DNA from: Lingula anatina
Taxonomy: Eukaryota; Animalia; Brachiopoda
Length of the DNA stretch: 64,000 nt
Direction of reading: 5' to 3'
NCBI GenBank assembly: GCA_051362555.1
Contig: CM120641.1
Span: 8,494,001-8,558,000 of the forward strand
The notes under the pieces were generated by a model. That model did not search any database. It saw only the letters and a list, made by a program, of their open reading frames with translations, and had not been told where the DNA came from. Each line of letters starts with the position of its first letter. Positions within the stretch are counted from its first letter, which is position 1. The position numbers and the translations under genes are program-made. Shown piece by piece: positions 1 to 9,300 of this stretch.

Positions 1-342
1 ATTTCCAAAATGAAGCCTTGAAGGGGTGAAATAAGATTCTGTTCAGTATGATGGATTTTCAGTTGCAAAAGTTCATCTTGCTTTTTACCAAAACTAACAA
101 CCCTTCCTGAAGGTTATTAAAAGTAAGTGTGGAATCTATGAATTGCATAAACAAATATCTCATTTGTTAAGTACTATAGTCACTGAGATTACGATTGACT
201 GGTAAAAAGTAAAAAAAAAATTAGAAACCTTTTCTCCTTGTTTATTTTCAAGTATTATTACATTTGAATAGAGCAAAAATTTGTTAAGCCATAAATGAAA
301 ATATGATTTATGATTTTTTTTATCTAGTTTTACCATCAAAAA

Positions 343-3300
343 ATGAAGATAGCCATAGAAGGTTGCTGCCATGGAGAATTGGATAAGATTTATGAAACCA
401 TAGAACATCTTTCCAAAAAACAAGGGATCAAAATTGACTTGCTGCTAATATGTGGCGACTTTCAAGCAGTGAGGAATACAGCAGACTTACAGTGCATGGC
501 AGTACCTCCAAAATATCAGCAGATGAACACATTTTATAAGTATGTTATACTTCTTCAAAAGAAAACGATTTTCAACAAGTTACACACAGCTGTATCAATG
601 TTAATACAAGCAAAATGTCTGCTGTATTTTTTATATATAATCTATCACTTCTCCAGCATATGAACAATTAAAGAATATTAAACGTTAAATTTTGTGGTTT
701 ATAAATACATGTTCTTCTATCAGATACTATGGTGGAATCAAGGCCCCTATCCCTACTGTGTTTATAGGAGGTAACCATGAGGCCTCCAACTACCTCCAGG
801 AGCTGCCATATGGAGGATGGGTGGCACCTAATATTTATTATATGGGTAAAACTCATCTTAAGATTATTTCACATTTTGTAATTGGCTTTCTTTTTTTTAT
901 TTGAGGAATTAAAGTCTTTCAAGGTTGGGAAAACTTTATATGTCCTCTCACACTTAATCACTAAATACTTTTTATAGGTTAACCATGTTTTCTGTTCATA
1001 TTACAAGACAGTCATGCTTGAATTCATTTCTGCAGTTGGGTATCTTTTCCTTTCTTTCTTTGTTTGATAAGAATTGCTTTTCTTTAAGGATATGCCAGTG
1101 TGTTGCGTTTTGGAGGTGTACGGATAGCTGGTCTATCAGGTATCTACAAATCAAGAGATTATGCCAGAGGTAAGTGAGCATGTCTTCGTCTCCCTTTTTC
1201 TCTACTAACACCATTGACTATGCCCCTGTTTAATGTTAACTTTATTGTTGCCTTACAGACACCTACTGGTAATATTTTCAGGTCATTTTGAGAAACCACC
1301 ATATACAGAAAATACTAAGAGATCAGCTTATCATGTTAGGAACGTGGAAGTGTTCAGACTAAAGCAGGTAAAAATAAGTGCACTGCTGTCTAGAAGTGCT
1401 GAGCCTATGGCCTTCTGTAAAGGCTGCTTATGTAGAAGTGCTTTCAAGTCGCACATACACATGATTGGTATTGCAAATGCTACTTCTTATGTGTTGCCAA
1501 AAGAAGGTATGTAATCCCATGCTTATAGAAGCCTTTTGTGCGGTAGGATATTTGTATCTCATTCTTTCTCTTTTTTCTGGTTGAAGACCTGTCTTGGAAA
1601 AAAGTCATAAAGATAGCTGTCCTTTTTTTTAGTCTTGTGCCATAGATTGCATTTTAATTCACCTTAGAAAACACAAGCAGTTGTGCTTTCTAAAAGCAAT
1701 CTTTTAAAATCTACAGTGAATTTCGCTGAGACTATTCCCCCAAGAAAAAATCTTCTCAAAAATATTTAAGAAAAGCCCATAATAATACTTCAAATATCAT
1801 TTAGCTTGACATAAAGTCTACTTGACATACTAGTGAACTTCACATTCAGCATATTTAAAACTTTAAAACTCATGGAAATATACAAGTTATGTTGCATTTA
1901 TATTTTGAGGCACTGATGGCATATTCCTTGTCCAGTTGTGAAGACTTAGCTCAGTGCTGTTCTATCTCATTAGACCCGGTGATGAGTTGAAACTTTTTCC
2001 ATCCATTCTTCCTCTTTACTGGGCATGGCATATAACTCTACTTATTTACGGGGTGGGAGGACAAGTCATAATATGCTGAGGTAGTCCACTCTAAGTTAAG
2101 TCATCACAAATGGACTAGAAGTGCATATAAAGAAAGTTTGGGGAAAAACAAGTGGCAGCAAAAGTGTCATACCTATTTTATAAAGAGGCAAGTTTGAGTA
2201 TCACAAGAAAAATAACAAGTTCCCTTGTTCATTTACCAATTAACATTTTTTCTTCATTTACATACTGTTAAAGTATGTAAAATTATGACAGTTTTTCTGA
2301 ATCTTTTGCATGCCAAAATTTTCATGTCAAATATTTCAAACCTAGTGATCTTCTGATAAAATAATGACGTGCTTGATTTGGCAAGTGAAGAGAAAATATA
2401 CATTATATATATTAAATAGAGATAACCCTTTGCCATTGACACTTGTTCTTTCAGCTTTCCACACCTGTAGATATCTGTATGTCACACGACTGGCCAAGGG
2501 GTGTTTATTACCATGGCAACACAAACAAGTTATTAATGAAAAAGAAATTCTTCAAGGAAGAGGTTGAAAATAACACACTGGGGAGTCCACCAGCAGAGGA
2601 GCTACTCCACAAGTTGAAGCCCAATTATTGGTTCTCTGCACACCTTCACGTCAAATTTCCTGCAGTTGTTGAACACAAGGTATGGATACAAGCTAGTTAA
2701 AGTTGTACAATCTCTCTGTCTTTCTCTTTCTTCTTATAATGATCACATATAATGGTTATACTTATTTCATTTTTCTTTTGATAAATGATTCTGATATAAA
2801 TAAACCCTTAAAATTTTTTTTTTTATAATTGCATCTGCATTGCCTTTTTTATATTAATATTTGTACCACCAGCGTTAGCGCTGGCGGTACACATGGTTTC
2901 GGTCTCGTCCGGATCGTTCCGCCGGCTCCGCCGGCTCCGCCGGCTCCGCCGGCTCCGTTGGCTCCGCCGGACGGCTACCGTTACCGCTTCTCCTCCTAGA
3001 CGGTAAGGCCCCCCATACCCATCTCATGGATTTAGGTCACCTATAATCTCAACTCGTTCCACGTAAAATTTGGGCTTTGTCGGTATTGGGGTCTGGGTGT
3101 GGCACTCATTGCAATGCACCCTTGTCCAAAAATGGCAAAATTAAATGCTAATTATCTACCCTACGGAAGGAGTTACGGGAAAAATTTCTACAGACGGCTT
3201 TCCAAAAGTCATATGTGTAGATTTCAAATATACCCTCGGATTTGACCTTTGACCTTTACTTCAAGGTCAAATGGGCCAAAATTTTCAAAAAAATGAAATT

Positions 3301-6300
3301 TTTTACGAAAAAAAAATTTTTTGCCCTGTTATTCAGACACCACACAGACTTAACCAATAATATTATTGGAAAGTGTTACCCTTCAGGTCATCTTTCATCT
3401 CCGTGAATTTGGGGTCAATCGGTGCGTTTTCACAGGAGTAGCGGCCATAAGATACCGAAACTGAAAACTGTCTCTAATTCGGGAACCGTTAATGCTAGAG
3501 ACCCATTCTTTTTTGCATTTTGTAGAGCATGTAAAGCCCAACACTGAAGGTGGTCTCGGTTTTTTTGTATTCCATACGGTTTTCGAGTTACGCTGTATCA
3601 AAAAGTACATATTGGTGGTGAAAGGAAAATGTACGGAAGCCCACTGGTGCCATATGTAGAAAAAAAAATTATCTCGAAATTTCGAGATACTATTTTGAAA
3701 TTTGAACAAAAAAATTTACCACCAGCGTTAGCGCTGGCGGTACACATGGTTTCGGTCCCGTCCGGTCCGTTCCGCCGGCTCCGCCGCCATGTTACCGTTA
3801 CCGCTTCTCCTCCTAGACGGTAAGGGCCCCCGTACCCATCTCATGGATTTAGGTCACCTATAATCTCAACTCGTTCCACGTAAAATTTGGGCTTTGTCGG
3901 TATTGGGGTCTGGGTGTGGCACTCATTGCAATGCACCCTTGTCTAAAAATGGCAAAATTAAATGCTAATTATCTACCCTACAGAAGGAGTTACGGGAAAA
4001 ATTTCTATAGACGGCTTTCCAAAAGTCATATGTGTAGATTTCAAATATACCCTCGGATTTGACCTTTGACCTTTACTTCAAGGTCAAATGGGTCAAAATT
4101 TTCAAAAAAATGAAATTTTTTACGAAAAAAAATTTTTTTGCCCTGTTATTCAGACGCCACACAGACTTAACCAATAATATTATTGGAAAGTGTTACCCTT
4201 CAGGTCATCTTTCATCTCCGTGAATTTGGGGTCAATCGGTGCATTTTCACAGGAGTAGCGGCCATAAGATACCGAAACTGAAAACTGTCTCTAATTCGGG
4301 AACCGTTAATGCTAGAGACCCATTCTTTTTTGCATTTTGTAGAGCATGTAAAGCCCAACACTGGAGGTGGTCTCGGTTTTTTTGTATTCCATACGGTTTT
4401 CGAGTTACGCTGTATCAGAAAGTACATATTGGTGGTGAAAGGAAAATGTACGGAAGCCGACTGGTGCCATATGTAGAAAAAAAAATTATCTCGAAATTTC
4501 GAGATACTATTTTGAAATTTGAACAAAAAAAATTTTTATCTCGAAATTTCGAGATAGCATTTTGAAATTTGAACAAAAAAAAAATTATCTCGAAATTTCG
4601 AGATAGCATTTTGATATTTGAGCAAAAAAATTTATCTCGAAATTTCGAGATAGTATTTTGAAATTTGAACAAAAAAAATGCTATCTCGAAATTTCGAGAT
4701 AATTTTTTTTTTCAACATATGGCACCAGTCGGCTTCCGTAAAAATGTGCAGTACGGTAATGGATAATAAATTTTGAACTCCGGAAAAATAAAACATAATG
4801 CTTGGCAAAGCAGACAACTTGTGGTCAAAAATGACATTATTTTATCAAATTTAAACTTCTGCAACTTCAGAGAACCTCCCATTTCAAGAACTTTGACCAA
4901 AATGACCTTTTCTTTATTTTAATTAATTTTTTCTGTAGGAAATTTATGGCACATTATGGTAACTCCAAAATTATAACATTTAGTCCCTTATATCTCCAAA
5001 ACTGGCAGAGATAGGTCCATAGTTACTATTGAAGTTGAATAGGAAGTCATATACTGGCAATCTTACTGTGACCTTGACATTGACCTTTGACCTACTTTTC
5101 ACCATGAACTGAACTTTGCAAATTTTGCTTCCCTTTTATCTCCAAAACTGGCAGAGATAGGTCCATAGTTACTATTGAAGTTGAATAGGAAGTCATATAC
5201 TGGCAATCTTACTGTGACCTTGAAATTGACCTTTGACCTACTTATCACCATGAACTGAACTTTGCAAATTTTGCTTCCCTTTTATCTCCAAAACTGGCAG
5301 AGATAGGTCCATAGTTACTATTGAACTTGAATAGGAAGTCATATACTGGCAATTTTACTGTGACCTTGAAATTGACCTTTGACCTACTTTTCACCTTGAA
5401 CTGAACTTTGCAAAATTTGCTTCCCTTTTATCTCCAAAACTGGCAGAGATAGGTCCATAGTTACTATTGAACTTGCATAGGAAGTCATATACTGGCAATT
5501 TTACTGTGACCTTGAAATTGACCTTTGACCTTCTTTTCACCATGAACTGAACTTTGCAAATTTTGCTTCCCTTTTATCTCCAAAACTGGCAGAGATAGGT
5601 CCATAGTTACTATTGAAGTTGAATAGGAAGTCATATACTGGCAATCTAAATGTGACCTTGAAATTGACCTTTGACCTACTTTTCACCATGAACTGAACTT
5701 TGCAAATTTTGCTTCCCTTTTATCTCCAAAACTGGCAGAGATAGGTCCATAGTTACTATTGAAGTTGAATAGGAAGTCATATACTGGCAATCTTACTGTG
5801 ACCTTGAAATTGACCTTTGACCTACTTATTACCATGAACTGAACTTTGCAAATTTTGCTTCCCTTTTATCTCCAAAACTGGCAGAGATAGGTCCATAGTT
5901 ACTATTGAACTTGAATAGGAAGTCATATACTGGCAATTTTACTGTGACCTTGAAATTGACCTTTGACCTACTTTTCACCTTGAACTGAACTTTGCAAAAT
6001 TTGCTTCCCTTTTATCTCCAAAACTGGCAGAGATAGGTCCATAGTTACTATTGAACTTGCATAGGAAGTCATATACTGGCAATTTTACTGTGACCTTGAA
6101 ATTGACCTTTGACCTTCTTTTCACCATGAACTGAACTTTGCAAATTTTGCTTCCCTTTTATCTCCAAAACTGGCAGAGATAGGTCCATAGTTACTATTGA
6201 AGTTGAATAGGAAGTCATATACTGGCAATCTAAATGTGACCTTGAAATTGACCTTTGACCTACTTTTCACCATGAACTGAACTTTGCAAATTTTGCTTCC

Positions 6301-9300
6301 CTTTTATCTCCAAAACTGGCAGAGATAGGTCCATAGTTACTATTGAAGTTGAATAGGAAGTCATATACTGGCAATCTTACTGTGACCTTGAAATTGACCT
6401 TTGACCTACTTTTCACCATGAACTGAACTTTGCAAATTTTGCTTCCCTTTTATCTCCAAAACTGGCAGAGATAGGTCCATAGTTACTATTGAAGTTGGAT
6501 AGGAAGTCATATACTGGCAATTTACTGTGACCTTGAAATTGACCTTTGACCTACCTTACAATGAACTTAACTTTGATTGCACCATTTTTAGTTATATATA
6601 TTTTTTGCATATTTTGAAAATTCTTGTTGATTGCATTTTTACAGCTTGTCAAGCACAAGACTGGTGGCTGCACCCCTTATTTTGTGTATGTGGGGGTCTA
6701 TACGAATGCGCTTGCTCCAGCTGGTGGTACAATATTCGGAGGCGGTATCGCCTCTCTGATCCTCTAGTTTTATATATTAGCAGCAGGGTTCATTCAAAGT
6801 AAGAGACTGAAAATAAATTATCTTGAATGCTTTCATACAAGTAAAAGAGATGACAGAACTGGATGCACAATAGCAATTGCTTTACATTGTGTCATTATAG
6901 AGAATGCGCATGTGCAGTGTCATATTAAATGATGAAATTTGTACTAAAATGCTTGCTTATGATAAAAATCATGATAGTAAATTTTCTGTCAATATTTCAA
7001 TGATTAATTTGCTGTCATGACAACAACTGAGAAGAAGTTACTGTAGTGTATTGTATATTAATTGTACCACCAGCGTTAGCGCTGGCGGTACACATGGTTT
7101 CGGTCCCGTCCGGATCGTTCCGCCGGCTCCGCCGGACGGCTACCGTTACCGCTTCTCCTCCTAGACGGTAAGGGCCCCGTACCCATCTCATGGAAAAATA
7201 AAACATAAGGCTTGGCAAAGCAGACAACTTGTGTTCAAAAATGACATTATTTCATTAAATTTGAACTTCTGAAACTTCAGAGCACCTCCTATTTCAAGAA
7301 TTTTGACCAAAATGACATTTTCTTTATTTTAATTAATTTTTTCTGTACGAAATTTAAGGCACATTATGGTAACTCCAAAATTATAACATCTAGTCCCTTA
7401 TATCTCCAAAACTGGCAGAGATAGGTCCATAGTTACTATTGAAGTTGAATAGGAAGTCATATACTGGCAATCTTACTATGACCTTGAAATTGACCTTTGA
7501 CCTACTTTTCACCATGAACTGAACTTTGCAAATTTTTCTTCCCTTTTATCTCCAAAACTGGCAGAGATAGGTCCATAGTTACTATTGAACTTGAATAGGA
7601 AGTCATATACTGGCAATCTAAATGTGACCTTAAAATTGACCTCTGACCTACTTTACACCATGAACTGAATTTTGCAAATTTTGCTTTCCTTTTATCTCCA
7701 AAACTGGCAGAGATAGGTCCGTAGTTACTATTGAACTTGAATAGAAAGTCATATACTGGCAATCTAAATGTGACCTTAAAATTGACCTCTGACCTACTTT
7801 ACACCATGAACTGAATTTTGCAAATTTTGCTTTCCTTTTATCTCCAAAACTGGCAGAGATAGGTCCGTAGTTACTATTGAACTTGAATAGAAAGTCATAT
7901 ACTGGCAATTTAAATGTGACCTTGAAATTGACCTTTGACCTACTTTTCACCATGAACTGAATTTTGCAAATTTTGCTTCCCTTTTATCTCCAAAACTGGC
8001 TGAGATAGGTCCGTAGTTACTATTGAACTTGAATAGGAAGTCATATACTGGCAATCTAAATGTGACCTTAAAATTGACCTTTGACCTACTTTTCACCATA
8101 AACTGAACTTTGCAAATTTTTCTTCCCTTTTATCTCCAAAACTGGCAGAGATAGGTCCGTAGTTACTATTGAAGTTGAATAGGAAGTCCTATACTGGCAA
8201 TCTAAATGTGACCTTAAAATTGACCTTTGACCTATTTTTCACTATAAACTGAACTTTGCAAATTTTGCTTCCCTTTTATCTCCAAAACTGGCAGAGATAG
8301 GTCCATAGTTACTATTGAACTTGAAAAGGAAGTCATATACTGGCAATCTAGATGTGACCTTAAAATTGACCTTTGACCTACTTTACACCATGAACCGAAT
8401 TTTGCAAATTTTGCTTTCCTTTTATCTCCAAAACTGGCTGAGATAGGTCCATAGTTACTATTGAACTTGAAAAGGAAGTCATATACTGGCAATCTAAATG
8501 TGACCTTAAAATTGACCTTTGACCTACTTTACACCATGAACTGAATTTTGCAAATTTTGCTTTCCTTTTATCTCCAAAACTGGCTGAGATAGGTCCGTAG
8601 TTACTATTGAACTTGAATAGGAAGTCATATACTGGCAATCTAAATGTGACCTTAAAATTGACCTTTGACCTACTTTTCACCATAAACTGAACTTTGCAAA
8701 TTTTTCTTCCCTTTTATCTCCAAAACTGGCAGAGATAGGTCCGTAGTTACTATTGAAGTTGAATAGGAAGTCATATACTGGCAATCTAAATGTGACCTTA
8801 AAATTGACCTTTGACCTACTTTACACCATGAACTGAATTTTGCAAATTTTTGCTTTCCTTTTATCTCCAAAACTGGCAGAGATAGGTCCGTAGTTACTAT
8901 TGAACTTGAATAGGAAGTCATATACTGGCAATCTAAATGTGACCTTAAAATTGACCTTTGACCTACTTTTCACCATAAACTGAACTTTGCAAATTTTGCT
9001 TCCCTTTTATCTCCAAAACTGGCAGAGATATGTCCATAGTTACTATTGAACTTGAATAGGAAGTCATATACTGGCAATCTAAATGTGACCTTGAAATTGA
9101 CCTTTGACCTACTTTTCACCATGAACTGAACTTTGCAAACTTTTCTTCCCTTTTATCTCCAAAACTGGCTGAGATAGGTCCATAGTTACTATTGAACTTG
9201 ATAAGGAAGTCATATACTGGCAATCTAAATGTGACCTTAAAATTGACCTTTGACCTACTTTACACCATGAACTGAATTTTGCAAATTTTGCTTTCCTTTT

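Larger units (their letters stand above)
2862..6767 (+). mobile_element. Non-autonomous Helentron-type element (HINE/DINE-1-like), copy 1, with duplicated head, nested MITE and 146-bp array
   Basis: 5' hairpin TGTACCACCAGCG-ttag-CGCTGGCGGTACA (2862-2891), 9-bp microsatellite, internal tandem array, 3' subterminal inverted repeat GCTGGTGGTACA (6720-6731), 3' hairpin GAGGCG-gtat-CGCCTC (6739-6754), CTAG (6764-6767) followed by T run; T-rich flanks, no TSD, no coding capacity. Confidence 0.85.

Noticed and set aside
4488-4700. CRISPR-like array of palindromic repeats with regular spacing
   Set aside because: The spacers are homologous to each other, the array lies within MITE TIRs in a eukaryotic intron, and there are no cas genes.
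3395-4900. Duplicated 104-aa and neighbouring ORFs as transposase or Rep/helicase
   Set aside because: No recognisable motifs; they arise from the duplicated non-coding head and palindromes.
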